Below are positions 14,706-30,600 of a DNA stretch of 64,000 nt, one piece after another. Made by a program: the position numbers and the translations under genes. The notes under the pieces were generated by a model. The model did no database searches, was not told where the DNA came from, and worked only from the letters and a program-made list of their open reading frames with translations. The stretch lies in assembly GCF_009914755.1 (NCBI RefSeq), contig NC_060926.1. One strand, given 5' to 3'. Numbering within the stretch: the first letter of the stretch is position 1; every line of letters begins with the position of its first letter. The DNA is from the human T2T-CHM13v2.0 reference genome, Homo sapiens.

Positions 14706-15546
14706 TTAGCAAAGGGACTTGGAAAATTTGAATAAGGTGCGTGGCAAAAGAGTGTGTCTGAGATCTTCTTTTGTTCGTTTATTTCTATATTACCTTCCAT
14801 TTCATGGGATGTCTTATGATCTCCAGCTGTGGCACAGCAACACTGAGTCACGTGAAAGTAACAATAGTTTTGACTTATAAAGCAGTTTTTTCTAAGGAGC
14901 TTTTGATAAACTTATTTCATTTCTTCTCCCAAAGTCTTTATGCTGCTGAAGTCAAATGGTATTACCCTCGTTATATATGCATGTGGATAAAGAGATATAT
15001 TGTTGACTGACAGGGTCATGGTTAAACCTAAGCCAGCTAACATTATTGATAGCATGCCATTCCACTTTATTATGGATGCTTTATCAATGATATGCTCAAA
15101 AAGCTTCCCAACCAAAGAACATTCCTAGGTAGAAAGCTGGAGTGTAGTTTACCCAACAACAGATGAGCTGCACACGTGTTGACTGCCAAACAGGAGAAAC
15201 TCTGCTGGGGTGGCTGGAGAGAAACAAAGAGGAACAGGACCTAGAGCTCTCACGGGACAGGTCATTTCACATCTCTCCTAATGGAGACAAAATGGCATCA
15301 AAAGTCAGCATTCTTTTATTGCCTCTCCTACCAAAGATGAAAACACAGTATCATTAGCCAAATTTACTCTGAACTTCCACCTCCTCAGGTTGAGTCAATG
15401 TATCTTTCCATCAAGGTCAATAATGTAAGAGGCAGATTGGTAACTGAATTGCTTAAGGAAAAATTCAGGGCAGGATGTATTTCTGGTTTTGACAAGGCTT
15501 TGGATCATTAGAAATACAGTCCTTTAGGGAGAAGAAGGTACATACT

Positions 15547-16176
<630 letters not shown>

Positions 16177-18659
16177 CATATTAGCTCTTTATTCTGTTTC
16201 CTTCCTCACTGAAATTTGGTTTGTGATATTCCAATCCTTAGTCATATTTTTTATCATTGCAATTGGTCATGAAGTTTTGTCGTGTTAGAAATATGAATTG
16301 GTAATAAATAAATAGATTAGTAATTTAAAAACTCAGCATCCCCAGGCTCCCAAGGTTCATCAGTATAAATTATAAAATATGTGATTTAAGTTGGACTTCA
16401 TAGAAAGTTCACGACTGCAAACATCTTAGCCCTATGGGACCCTTTCAGACCTTTCTTTCTGAAAAATAGTCTCTCTGGGGGTTTGAACTCAAAACGGTAC
16501 CACCCCTTGTTATACTGAAAGAGTTTTGATAAATCTGCAATATAATTAGATATCTGGGGAAAGGGAAAAGGACAGAAAGGTGGGGTGGGACCCTGCCTCT
16601 GAAGTTAGAATCGAGTTTGTAGCATGCATGTGAAGTTAGTCCACACGCACAAGTACCACACAGACATGAAGGATTGTAAGGGTGAGAATCTTTTCAATTA
16701 ATATCTCTCAAGTTAAGAATTTTTGCACAATAGATCATATCAGCATTGGAGGTTGGGTCTATATGGCACCCTAATAACTAAGGTGAAAAACTTAGAAAGC
16801 CTTCCAGATGTTGGAGCGACATCATGTCAAACATATGACAATGTAGAAGTATCTCATAGCCTGAGGCCTGCAGGGCCCACCAGAACAATATTCTACTTGT
16901 TAAAGGTGGATGCCTCCTGGCTGGCCACATTACCAAAGCCTGCTGAGGTGCTGACACTCCCAGTAGGATAACTGGAGATTCCCTGGCCACCTTTGCTATT
17001 CTTCATTTGCCCCTCTGAGGAACTCTCTCTAACCTCTGGGGTTGAAATATCAAGCTGAACCTTTTGGAATGTTCGTAAGCCTGGCATCTGTGCTCAGCAG
17101 TAGAGTCTCTGAATTCAAAACAGGACTGTTTCCTGGCTCAGAACTCCAGCTCCAAATTCCTCAGGCTCAGAACTGATGGGAAAACAGATCTTCAGCATTC
17201 TTCTGATTTAGAAATCATTCAGATAAGAAATTGACAGATAAGAAATTGACAAGGAGGTACAAAATCCTTAATTTACATAGCTGTCTCTTTTTTTCTTCTC
17301 CATGGTAAAGAACAGAGCATGCTTAACCTTGATTTTCTCACTTCTCTCAGTTTAAAGCACAGCCCATAACATTAATTAAAGTGTGTGTGAGATGGAGGGT
17401 AGAAGTTATATTTCATATGCCGTACCACATGGCATTCTAGAAGAGCTGTATGATTTTTAGGTGTGCTTTTTTTCCCAACTTGATACCTACGTAGTCCTAC
17501 AACTATTCGGCATAACATCTCCCATACTCCACCGAGGACCTCCACAGTAACAATTTTAAAATAAATGCAGTCCCAAAGAACAACTGCTAAGGGCACTGGT
17601 GGGTTAAGGATTTAGGTAGATGAAGGTAAATTTCTGACTCAGAGCTCCAGAATACTAAAGCTGGGAATCACACTGAGATGGTCAGTTTTTAATACTGGTA
17701 ATCCACTGAAGTTTAGAGATGAGGCTTACAGAAGGTAGGTGGCTTATGTACTTCAGGGTGAAACAACACATCAGGAGTAACCCCAGGTATTTCTTATAAC
17801 TCCAAGTTTTAGGGCCATAAACCACTTTGAGATACTGATGTAAGTTAGATATTTTCCAGGAAAAAAAAGTCATATACACATATACATACAATGCTAGCAT
17901 ATAAACTCAGGGGGCTCATAGAACCCCTTAAACACCTTTGGATGTTTAAGGAGTCTCTGATCTCCAGGTTAAGAACTCTTGCACCTGAATAAGCAGCTTT
18001 TCTAAATATGAAGTGCTACTTTTAATCCCTTTGAAAACTTACCACCTTTAGCATATAAACTTAGATTTAATGAAGTAATCTATAAAATTCAAAGGAAAAG
18101 CAATTCCCACAACTCAAATAGATGATTTAATCCCTAATCAATATTTCCATATTTTTAACGTGTCAAGGAAAAAAATGTGCGAGAGAAATTTAAACCTACG
18201 TGTATTTTATCACCAATTTCACATATGGACATGGAATATCTTTTCTCCTAATATGGAGATGGCTCAGCAGTATTTAAATGATTCCTTATTCCAAGTCATA
18301 TAAATATGCACCAGATGTATCTTTTGTAAATGTTATGTTTTTCAACTTCTCAGCATTTGCAAGTAGTTGAAAGCTATGTCAAGCATGCTTTAATGGGGCA
18401 TAAAAGTGTATTGTATTCAAAGAGATGGCACAGCTCTGTAATAGGTGAAAATACAAATGTTGTCAATGTATACATTTTCATTTTATTGATTTACACTGCA
18501 TAATGGAATGCCCTGTATTCTTCTTTACATGCAAGTTCTATAACAATTGAATATAACTAGATATAAAAAATCATGCTTACATTAATAGATTCTCTAGATG
18601 ACAGAAAATTCAAAACACAGAATTTTATGACCAGAAGGCAACTTAAAGATCAACCAAAT

Positions 18660-18760
18660 CCCACACCCTTATTTTACAGATGAGAAAACTGAAACCAAGA
18701 GGGTTATGGGAGGCCACCAAGTCACTAGGCTGGTTGTGGCAGAGGACACATGAATTTTTA
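18660..18760 (-). mobile_element. MIR SINE fragment
   Basis: cttattttacagatgagaaaactgaaacc, MIR core. Confidence 0.65.
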
Positions 18761-20509
18761 TACCCCTAAATATAAGGAACCTTTCTGAGATCTTTATATT
18801 ATCTGCCTCTTGACTACCTAAACAAAAAATAGAGGAGGCAGTAAAACATATATCATTTATTGATTTCCTGGGATTTACTGGAAAGAAGCAGAACATGACC
18901 TACATTTTGCAAAGTATCAAAGTAAGTATAGAAAGTAAAATGCCAATTGCTAGCATTAAAGGTTGTCAAAGAATATCATAAAGCCCTTTCTCCAATGTAA
19001 AATTCCAACAGACTACAAGATTGGCTTTTTTATTGTGACTACAAAAGATGTAGCAAATTCCCCTATGAACATTTTTCTTCGGGGTTAAAGATATCAAAGA
19101 TGTTTAGGAAATATTTTCAAGTAACATGTAATTGATAGCCCACCTTGAAAACAGTGTCTTTTTTCTTTTTTTAGATAGAAGTTAACATAGATTAATCGCT
19201 TATTGTTAAGCTTTTTTAAATTTTTTCTTTCTTCTTTTTTTTTTTTTTTGGAGTAAACGACACTTGATCTCATGTTATTTTCTGTGGCTTTGGAACATCT
19301 CTAAGCACTTAGGCCCTTACAGACATACAGTAATGGATGCTCACTTTACGCTGGCTCCCTTTTCCCAACTTCATTTCTTACCGACATGCATTTTTATAAA
19401 CTGCCTCACATTCTTCCTTGGAATGAGGCAGAATATTAATTAATTAATTAGGTGAAAGTCATTTTCTAAAAGCCAAGTAACTTTTTCACCTCAACCTTTA
19501 CGAATAACACTTTGCCCTTTGGGGTCCGGTGGCAGCAATGAATATTTCATTTAAAATAAAATCATTATTGAAGTTTTTTCAAACTTTATGTCACTGTTGC
19601 CATGAGTTGAGTACCCGTGTCTCAGAGTTCCCTAGCTGATTATATGTCCTCCTGGACCCAAAGCAAAAGCACAAATTTTTTCTCTTCCCAAGAACCAGCG
19701 TTCACATGTTCTGCTTGCTTTCTGGTCAACATGCAGAGCAGCAGTCACCAGAGTCCCAGATCTCCTTCAAGGGGCAGGGCCTGGCTCAGAGTCCGGCCTC
19801 CCTGATTGATGCTTGGTGTGCCTGAAACAGCTTCATTGTTTCTCCAACAATGCCAAAGCCAATGAGAACGTTTGGATGGTGGCCCTGCCTGTGTTCAGTG
19901 AGGCGTCCACACGGTCCCCTTCTAAGGTGTGCGTGAGCTGAACACAGTGACGAGCAAAAAACCAAACCAGCCTTCTGGGCTTTTCCCCCAGCACTGACTG
20001 GGTGTCCCTCACAGCCTTGAAACAGGGATAAGTTCCCGAGTCAATAGTCAACGTCGTGGTTAAAACATTGCTTCCGATTAATAGCTGTTTTCTTCCCCAG
20101 GGTGTTCATATACAGAGAAACAGACATACTCCTATACGTATATTTAGCACGAGAGAGTTTAAAGACACACACACATGCACGTTCTGAGTCCCCTCTCATA
20201 ACACACCGTGCTTCATTGTAAATGGAGCATCCAAACCAAATTGTAATCATCATTTCACGTTACTATGTCCAGCCTTATTCTGTTCTCATCCTCATGAAGG
20301 GCTGGGAGATGTGGCAAAGAGTGCAGTCATGGGATGTGAAGAGGCCTTAGGAGCCTTGGCCATCTTTGTTTTCACCGGAGACGGGGTTGGGGAGAGGGCG
20401 GGGGATGCATTCACCAAATGTCACAGAACTGCTCTGCAAGCTAGCCCGGACTAGGCCCTAAAGGGGCAATGTTTGGGGGATTCCCAGTAAGGTAGAAAGC
20501 AGCAGGTCC

Positions 20510-20730
20510 AGAGTTTAAGAGACAAGACTCAAGTTCAAAACCTGGTGCCACCATCATGTGACCTTGGGCAGGTGACTCAGCCCCACAGGCCTCAGCGGTC
20601 TCATCAACCTAGATAGAAATGATCCTTCAGAGGGCTTTCAGGAGCTTAAATAGGGTAATATAAAACCTGAGGGGCATGTTTGAAGACCTGGTACATGGTA
20701 AGTCTTTAGTACAATTTTATCATTATTATT
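20510..20730 (+). mobile_element. MIR SINE
   Basis: gttcaaaacctgg...tgtgaccttgggcaggtgactcagcc...gcctcag. Confidence 0.55.
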
Positions 20731-23700
20731 ACTTTTGCCATCATCATTGTTGTTATGGAAATTCTCCTTTGAGTTACTACGCTTGGAAATGAGAAAAGAT
20801 TTGCTTAGAAGAACTCACTTTTTCTCTTCTCCCTACGCTCACAGAGTGAGCACATGCTGCTGAATTCAGGTGGGCAATTCCCCCTCCATCCCATTCAGGG
20901 AAGTTCAAAATGGAAAACAGGAGAGAGTGCCCAGGGCCCAAGCTCTAACCCATTTGGAGTCCAGCCACCCGGGCCCCTCCATGGGTTTGGCGCCCTGCTG
21001 ACAAATCTAGGCAGGGTGTGGGGGAGGTGGGGGGTATCAACAACATTTTCACAGGGAGCTGAGTGAAAATCTCCTGGGAAAATGCTCCCTCTGGTTCCCC
21101 TCCTGGTTTATTGTGAAGATAGTGGAATCACTTATGTTTCAGTTCCTGCTAAAGTGATGATAAAGAGTTTTCTGGTGGGGAAAGGGGTAGAATCAGTCCA
21201 ATCTCATTCCTCTCCAGGGGGTAGCTTCGCATCCCACCCCTATTCTCCACAAAGAACACACCCATGCTGAAACTGATGGCCAGTGACCATGGTTAGTAAT
21301 GTGGTTTTTTCTTTGAAATATCACCACCAACCCCACCAACTCAGTCCTTGTCTTCGCTAAGTCTTTCCAATGCCTGAAACCCGTTCCTTGCTTTCTCAAC
21401 CCCCGTTGTACAAAACTGTAACATCCTTAAAGCATAAGGCTTGGCTCAGGAAATTTAAAAATAGAAAACAAATTTATCTTCAATGGTTAATGCACCTATC
21501 CCTTAAGAAAACAGATACAAAACTTTTTTTTTTTTTCTCCTCTCCACAAAAACCAATTTGGCTGTTACCCAATGCCATTGACCTTCCTAAGACAGCAAGC
21601 TAAAATCAGTTCATTGGCACACTGGCCCTGCGCCCAGAGTGCAAGCAAATGTGCTACCAGGGGCCTGTGTGGAGCTCTCTCTGAGTAAGGAACTTTCCTT
21701 AACTTGCACAGCGGCTTCCCCCCTCCCACATAAGGAGCTGGAGCTGGGCCTGGTGGGCTGGTTATGTTTAATGTGCTTAACCGAGGAGGGAGCTCTGGAG
21801 GGACTGGGAAAAGGGAAAAAGATGGAGACCTGGTCACACCCAAGCTCTCTGAAGGGGTTTTCATGTAGCTGCAACTTATTTCTCCTTGTCCACTGATGTT
21901 ACTACAAAAGTGTCCCATCACACCGGGTCTAAGAGCCTCACAAGTGGGACCTTTGCTTCTGAATAACGCATGGTTGTTCATGTGCCCAATTCACCAAAGT
22001 CAGTATTGGAAAAGAGCATTATTTTCAAGATGCTTTTATATTTATAATAAAGGGTATTTCTTAAGATCATATCACAACTGTTTTGGATGTCTTGTGTTTT
22101 TTTGTCTTGTTTTTTTTTTTTTTCTTTAAAGACTCTGAGTTTTGAGCTAAGGGCGGTTAATAGTAGCCAGTCCTGATTGGCCAACATCTGTTTCTTTAGA
22201 GGAACCTTACTTGCCAAGTAGCTGGACAGCAATACTCATTTGGTATTCATGGGAAGTACTTGCCGAACAATAATGACAATAATTGCCTCTGATTCTTGTG
22301 TTTACAACACTGCCAAAGTATCATTAGGGCCTTATTTATAGATAATAATGCTTATTAATCACAAGTATTTGAATTTTGGAATGTATTAGATTAATATTCT
22401 TTTGTACCTCAGTTCTGTACTAATGCTGTGAAAAGACATTTACTGAATGCAACTCATTGGGAATGCTTATTTTGAGCTGCAAAATAATGTGTGTAATTTG
22501 CAGGTGAAAGATAAAGAAATTACATGGCTACCTCTCAACAGCCGCCATCAAGATCAACGGCCAACATGGAGAATTAGACCCTACCTCTAAAACGAGAAAG
22601 GAAAAAAGCAAAATAAATATCCCTATAGGTTTTTTTTTTTTTTAGAAAATCTTGTAAATACTTATGCCAAGAGAAATTCCTGATAATAAGTCTATTATTC
22701 TGTTTTGCCTTAAATCTTCCATGGATGGCATCGCTTTATTGAAAAGGGTCTGGGGTGAAGAATAATTAGTGATTCTGGAACAATTTCACACTGTATAAGT
22801 TTTTTAAGGCTCAATGAAAAAAAAATGGTACAGGATGACTAATAGTCGTAACCAGCAAAATACAATCTTAGGCCTAAATGCCTAGTTGTTTAACATTCTT
22901 TATTCACTTATTCACTAATATCTTTGTATATGTTTAATTTCTGTACAAACATTAAAGCTATTAAGTAGTTTTCTATTTTTATGTGCATCTAGAAATAGGA
23001 ATCATTAAAAATTTCAAATAATTAGCACACTTTTTCTAAGGTTAATCTGGAAATACAGTTTCTGTTAATATAATAAAACAACTTTTTAAATAAATAAAAA
23101 CTATTACTAACCCACAGGTTTCACTTAGCTACTCTCTCTCGAAATTATAGCAAAAATGAAATCAGCAACTTTTTTTAGTCTAGCACACATTTTTACTTAT
23201 TCTTGGAATACTCATGCTTTATGTGTTAGAACAATACTTCAGATTATTTAATTAGATGAATATAAAATGAAGTGACATAATTTTCCAGAGATTTTCAAGA
23301 AAAGAAGAAAGTTTATTAATATAAAGTCTAGGTGCTCTTTCGAAAGTCATATTTGCAACTAGGTATATTTTTAAATGGCCTGTAATTATTGTTTACTATT
23401 GTTCTTTAGATTAAATCCAAATGATGTTCAATCTTATCTTGCTCTACCAAAAACTACTTTAAAATAGTCAACGGGCCTAATTACCACCTACAATTTTTAA
23501 CCTTGTCCTTTCTTATTCTCTTTTGCCCGCCACAGAAAGTAAAGAGACTGCACCTTTCAAGCCACCAAATTACACTGAGAAAATTGTCCTCCCTAAAAAA
23601 CTCTTGGAGATTTGTTCAGCAAATGTTTCCAAGTCAGAGCACACAAAGAGAATAAGATCCTAATTCAATAAATGTATAATGCTAACATTTTAATCCATTG

Positions 23701-26700
23701 CTAAATGTAAATAAACTTTAGTGATCCCAGTTGGACTATTTAACATTAATTTAAAGTATTTTATAATATAGCATTGTCTCCTCTCGTGGGGCAAAGTAGA
23801 AAGGTGAAAAATTACCTAATAACTTCTATCAATGTACTCAGCAAAACCTGGCAAGTCATGCCCCTCAACTCCCTTTGTTTAGATTTGGGGTAAATGTCTT
23901 AACCCATATAACGACCTCCACTGGAGGCCCATTCAGGTGTGCGCATCCATCTTTGTTAACACCGGTAGAATGAAAAGTCAAGCAACAGCTTATAGGATTA
24001 GTTGATATCTTACAAATTTAATCACAGACAGATAGCCAGTCCAAATTGTTCAAATTTCACTTTTTTTTTTTTTTTTTAGCAGCTAGAAGGGAGAGCAACA
24101 ACGCCTGGATTATCCAAGTGATTAATTCAATTCTCTATTTTGCCTTCAGTAGACATCGTCTGCCTCTCTTTTTAAAAGACACTGGTAGTTGCATGAGGAA
24201 AGGAAATAAATGTGTTTTAAGAGAGCACCAATATACCTCAGTACACTCGATGTGTGTCATTGATAATGTCTAACCACTGAGGCTGAGGACCTTCAATCCC
24301 CCTAGGGTGTCTCTCCAAGCCTTTCTAAATAGCCTTGTCCAACTGCTTACAGACTTGGAGATGGGGGGAAGGAAAGAAAGAGGCGAAGGAGGGAGGGAGA
24401 GACATGGAGAGAAAGAAAGAACGAGAGAAAGAGAAAGAAAGAGAGAAAGAAAAAGAAAATGGTTAGTCATGAAGCTGGAGTTTAAATTTGAGGGTATTGA
24501 AAAAAATAATTAACTACAAAAAATGGTTTGACAGAATAACTTATACTCCACCAATATCCCAGCAGTTTTCTAAGAGCCTAGTTGGATATGAAACTTGAGA
24601 TCTGTCAACATTTTATAGTTGCCCTGATTTAATAAGCATTTTTCCTTCTTTTCTCTAACTGCCAAATTTTTTAATGAAATTGAATCTTGGATGCCTACAT
24701 TCTGGGGAGTTTTATTTGCTATATTATAGTTCTGTCTGCTTTTAGGCCACAGAATGCCAAAGTATTTATTCTTACAAATCTTTCTACATATGTAATTTGA
24801 GTCTACTAAAATAGTCCTTTACCCACTTCATTAATTAAGTTGACAGAAAAGATTATTTTACAATTTTGTAGCAAATGACTCTTCATCCAAATTTTTGAAT
24901 CAACGTTGTGCATTTTTATGTTATTTTATAGCCTATGCCTCCTCAAATCACTTCACGCCATCAGATATAAAACTTTCTAACATAAAAGACTAACTTTTGC
25001 AGTTGATCTGAAACCTCAACTAGAGTAGAATATTTTTACCTTTTTCCAAGTAATAGTTCTTGGTTTTTGTTTTTTTTTTTTAATTTTCACTTGCGGTATT
25101 TCTATCAATTTAACCTCAAACTTTTTAGGAGATTAAGAAACAAACCTCAAAAAGTAGTTAGGCTAAGCTGATTTCTATTTTCACAAGTTCATCACTAATA
25201 TTTAGACACCACCAATGAGTCACTAGTCTTTTAAATACTCTGAAATCAACAAGCAATAAATCAAATGTAGGAATAAATGTCATCATAAACATCATATATG
25301 TTTTTTGTAAAGAAATATACATTTACATAAACGTGAATAAACAAACAAAATATTTTACAATTCAGTACAAATAACTCTCATTACATGAGAGAGCTCCTTT
25401 TATCATGGTCTTGCATAAAACTTCAAAATTTCATCATTTTGATTCCTTTATCAACTAGGACAAATAACACTTAAAGTATAAAATTCTGGTAGATCATTTC
25501 TTTCCATTTTCTTAACACAAATGAGCATCTGGACTCTTGCCAATGAATGCCAATGTATTCATTTTAACTGTAGTTCTTATTTTAACCAGAAAAGGCCTCT
25601 GAAAATCCAAAGATTCAAAATACCATTTCAAGGAAGCAAATAAGTAACATGGCATCCCATATTATACAAATCAAATATAATATAGGCCTCAAATTCGCTT
25701 TTACATTTTGAATTATCACTAGATTACTGAATGTCTTTTAATGCATATAGAGGACCATACGATCAACTAGTTAAAAATGTTTTCTTTACAATAGAGTAGA
25801 AAATAAAACTGCTGATCTCTTTCATTGCCTCTAAAATTTAATTTTTGTTCTAAGACAACAGTATGTAATGTGTGAAAAAAAAAGACAAAAAATAGGTACT
25901 CAGCTTTAGATGGAATGTTTATATTTTAAATATGCTGTCCATTTTATTTTTTGTAAAACGAGTTATTTAAGTTCATATTTTAGAGGGAGTGTGTATAAAA
26001 TATTAATACTACGAACCTATTATTTACTGATTTCTGTGGTGCCATCTACAGTTAGCACAATTCAGATTTCAAAACAAATTTTGAATTTTTTTCAATATGA
26101 ATAAAATTCACTCACTTCTTATTTTAAGACTATCTGTTATAGAACGTATTGTTAATCATAGAAGTTTGCTATATTACACATGGGCATGTTATATGCAAAT
26201 GTATTCAGTTGGGGTATGTATATATTTTGTTATGTTATGTACATAAACATCTACCCTTGTGCATATGTATATTTACATCATGTATAAATATGTGTAGTAT
26301 ATTACCAAACTGTACTATACTTAAGGAGGAGGAGGAGCTTCCAAGGATTGCCATACAATATTTTAGTTAACTGAGTACTGTTTCCTGTGAAAGTAATTAG
26401 GTTGTTTTTTGTTTTTTGCTTTTCACAGTCCCAAAGGTGGGTGTTTACAGACCTGGTTTAGTAATTCGCTGTTTTCCAAAAGGCTAGTTTTAAAATTTTA
26501 TGTCAACATATGCTTTAAATAAATAAAAGTGATCCCTTCCTCTTCACCTTTCCCTTCTTTTAGGAAGGCCTATGGGCAAACAGCTTGATAAATAATTCAA
26601 AGAAAAGCTAAACCTTGATTCTAAAAACAAAAGCTCATCAAGTTAAACACCCACATTTTACCATTAACATTCTTTGTTAAAATTTACCTGCCTATAAATT

Positions 26701-27499
26701 ATCTTTTGAAAAACAGTGATTGAAATTGTGTCAAGACACTAGCTGGGGAGGGCCTTTGGCAGAAGCTAGTGAGTGTGTCTAAATGTTACTTAGAACCTTT
26801 CTCTAGGACAACAGGTCCTATAAAGAATTATGGCTAACAGTAAAACCATCCAATATTAATAAATCCAAGACAGAAAAAATGTATATAACAGGTATTTCCA
26901 AATTCGTGAAAATCATTAGATGCAAACAGTAGGGTAACAAGGGGAAAACTAAAAGCGTGTGCTCCTTTTCTTCTTAGAATCCCTCTGAATCTCAGGTTGT
27001 CAAAAATACATTTTGGCAACTGGGTTCATGGTCTCAGTGAAGGAGAGGAATGTTTAACCTTTCTCTGAATTTTTCTGTCCTGTTTCCCCTTGAGAGTAGA
27101 ACAAACTTGGTGGGACCAGGGAGGGAGGGAGGCCCTGGTTAATGTTTTAAGAAGGAGGAATTTAATTTGGCCCAAGTTTTCTTCTGCTAGTTGCCTTTTC
27201 TCTTATAAAGAGATCCTTGACAGCCCTTGTTTTGTATGAAATTATGGAAATCACAGACTGGGAAAGGGGAGTCATTATTTCAGAATTGAAAAGGTATGAG
27301 TGTCTTTACTCGAACCCCCTCCCCCCAAATTTCCCATCACTGGAAAGAAGCCAGTAAGTTGGAAAGGTGCCTAGGAGGGCTACAACTGGTCAGGTAAATA
27401 AAGAGAAGCCCCAAAAGTGATTTGCAATTGGTTCCTACCTCCCTCCTATCCCTCCAAAACTAAAAACAGCCTCTGCGCAGCAATTTTTAAGGCCAAGAC

Positions 27500-30400
27500 A
27501 GAGAGAAAGCAGATACCCAAGTCCCCAAACGCGGCTTCCTGGTGCGTGAAATCCAGCCTAACGAGCAGGCTGGATGATGGACATGCCCTCGGCTAACACT
27601 GTCCCTTTCAGCCTGGCTCACGTGGGTCAGGGTGTCCATGAAAATCCCCGGACCACGAGGGGGATCTCTTTGGGAATCAGATTGGGAAGACTCAGGCGAA
27701 AGAGGGAGATGCCCGTGTAGAGAACCGAGGAGGGGGGCTGGGGTAGAATAATCAGCTCTAAGGTTGCAGATTTAGATCTCAAGGCTGAAAAGGATAAGCT
27801 TCCACCAGAGCATCCTGTAGCGCCTCCTGTCCTGCCCTGCCCTGCCCTGCGCGCGCACCGCACTCACACGTACACCCGGTCCTCGCACGCGCACACACGC
27901 ACACTGTTCCCCGCCGCTCTACCCTCTAGACTGCAAGGGAAACGGCTCCTCTGGGGCGCGCTCACCGGAGGTGAGGCGACCCAGCCCGGCCCAGGCCAGC
28001 CTGGTACCCAGCGCTGGTCGCTGCCCCTGTGGGGAGGCAGCGCGGCCTTCGGGGCTCCAGAGCGCGCGGGCCCGGAACGAGGCGCGCGGCCGCTGGCACA
28101 TGCGGGGACTGCCCAGCGCGGACTGGAGAAGGGGAGCGAAGGGGTGGGGAGGGGGTGACGCCGGCTGCCCACCCCGCTCCGCGCCTCCCTCTGTGGCCCT
28201 CTCTCCCTTCTTCCCCTCCCACCCTGCCGCTCCCAGCCGCGTATGGAACTCGCGTTTGGAAAAGGCACGGAGCAGGCGGGCAGCTGTGCGTGTGCGCGCC
28301 GGTGGCCTCGGACGCAGCCAGCGCGAGGACCTCGGCGCGGCGGTAGCGCCCCGGCGGGCCCTCCAAGTGCCGGCCTGCAGGGGGCGCCGGCGCGCTCGCG
28401 CCCCGCGGGTTCTCCACCGCCCCGCCTTCGCCCACCGAGGAAGGGTCGGAGGGAGGACCCGGACGGGAGCAGGTTCCCTTCGCGCCTCTCTGGAGGGTCG
28501 GCGGGGCCCTCAGGCTGGTGCTCACCCGTAGGACCGGGACGGTGTTGTCACACTTGTCACCAACGACGGCCGGCGTGGCGTCGCAAGTCCGCTTTCCAGT
28601 CTCAGCGGCTGGAGGAGGCCTCGGGGCGGCAGGGGGAGTTTGCCTCCCGGCTGGCTAGCTTCGCTAGACTCAGTCATTACTAAGGGGTTGGGAGGGGGAG
28701 CTTGTCTCTTCTCTCCTGGCAGAGCCGCGGGAGGCGTCGGAAAGTTTCCTACCACTTGAGGGACGAAGGTGGATGGATCGAGAGCCTTGTTTCCCTGCTG
28801 GGATGGCCGAATGTACCAGAAGTCTCGCTGGCGAGCAGCGCCCTCGGCTTCCCCGGCAATCATCCCAAACGCACACCCTTCCCCTGGCCGAAGGAACCCC
28901 AGGTTGCCTAGGAAACGGCCCCGCGGACCTGGCGGGCCCTAGGGTGGAGACCCGGGCGGGGTTGGGGGGTACTCGCGAATCTGCTGCGGGCGCAGCGTTG
29001 GGGTGTCTGGTCCCTGCCCAGCCGGTAGGCCGCGTCCGCCGTCCCACTCAGTGGGGCTTTGCGCCCCCACCCATGGGAGTTGCCCGTTCCGCAGCAGAGT
29101 TCGAAGGGGAAAGTGGGGGCCACGTTCCCAGAGGAACAGAGTTCCAGACCTCTCAGGGCACTGATGGGGACTCCGTCGGACCCACGGGTTCCGCAAACAC
29201 TCCAGAGGGGTTCCCAGGGCCGAAGATGCCTCCTGAGCAGACCTGAGCTTGTGAAACTCCGAATGGGTGTCCAGCTTCCTTTCTCACTTCAGAAGTTCAG
29301 CTGAGCTTCGTGTAGTGTCTGTCCCCCACCCTGACCTGGACCCACCAGCCAAGCCGAGGCCAGAGGTGTGCGGATTTTTTTTAAGACCCACATCTTGTAA
29401 ATGTGAGATTTTTATCAGTCAGCACAGATGACTTAAAGCGTTCCATTTCTCCGCGATCCAATTTTATTAGGATTTACTCTCATTTGTGCTCCGCTTCTCT
29501 GGGGAAATAATGCTTTGATTAATGTAATCCTGGCCCGGGATCCGCCACATGCCCCTCGACCCTCTCCCAAGAGAAGGACCCTATTTGACAAACAATAACA
29601 GAGCAGTAACTCTTGCAATCTGCCCACACCTTTGGGGGTGGCTGGGGAGAGGGTGATACACGTTCACACACCGCTTGCTAAATGCAGTGGCGAGAGGAGG
29701 GAGCAGCGTCTACATGAAGCGAACTTTTCAAGCGCAGAGCCCTGACTCCCAGGCGCGGGGGCTCACCGGGAGGGGCCCGGGCGAGAGAGCGCGTGGGTGC
29801 GTGAGTGCCTGTGTGCGCCCGCCCTTTGCTTGCTCGGGGTGTCCGCCTTTGTCCCCCGCCGCGGGCCTCCACGGTGGGATCTGCGCGCGGCCGGTGGGCA
29901 GCCCTCGACCCGGGGCGCGTCCACAGCGCCCACCCGCGGCCCCCAAACACCTCGAGAGCAGATCTTAGGGGTTAACCAGGCACCGACCTGAGGCGCCCTG
30001 CAGCTGCCAAAAGCTCGACCGGAAACCTAGAACATGGGACCCAATTCATCGGTTTTCCTCGTCCATACATGCATCCATCCATCCCTGCATGCGTACATGC
30101 ATGCAATACAAATCCCGGGACGCCGGCACGGAGAGCTGCGCCTCGCCCTTGCTGCGGGCTGAGAGCGGGTACCCCCCCTTCCAGCTCTTCCTCCTCCCGC
30201 GCAGCCGCGGCCCCCTCCCCGAAGGAAGAACAGCTCAATTACGAAGAGGAGCCAAGGAACGAAATCCCAGGCTCAGAGGCGCCCGCCGTTGCTCCTCTGT
30301 TCCCGGTCCCTGTAGTGCAGTCCCCACCCCCACCGTCCCCAGCTCGGGGAGGGCGGGGACGCGGCGGTGCGAGGGGTCCTGCCCTGCTCCGCCGGAACAA

Positions 30401-30600
30401 AGCCCGCCGCAGGAGCCCGCGGCCGCGCACCGAATCAGTGACAAAGGCAAGCGGGCGGCGCCGAGCTCCAAGCCGGCGCTCCTACGGCTTGGCGGGAAGG
30501 AGGCCCAGAAGATGGGGTGCGATTTGCACCCGGATTTTCCTGGCCTGCGGCATCTCGCTCCTGTGTACCCAATGACCTGTTAGGGTGACTCAGCGTTTAT
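27500..30600. promoter_or_regulatory. CpG island (upstream, within the PANTR1 span)
   Basis: Very high GC and CpG density against AT-rich flanks. Confidence 0.85.
28374..28387 (+). promoter_or_regulatory. CTCF-like motif
   Basis: CCTGCAGGGGGCGC matches the CTCF core. Confidence 0.5.
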
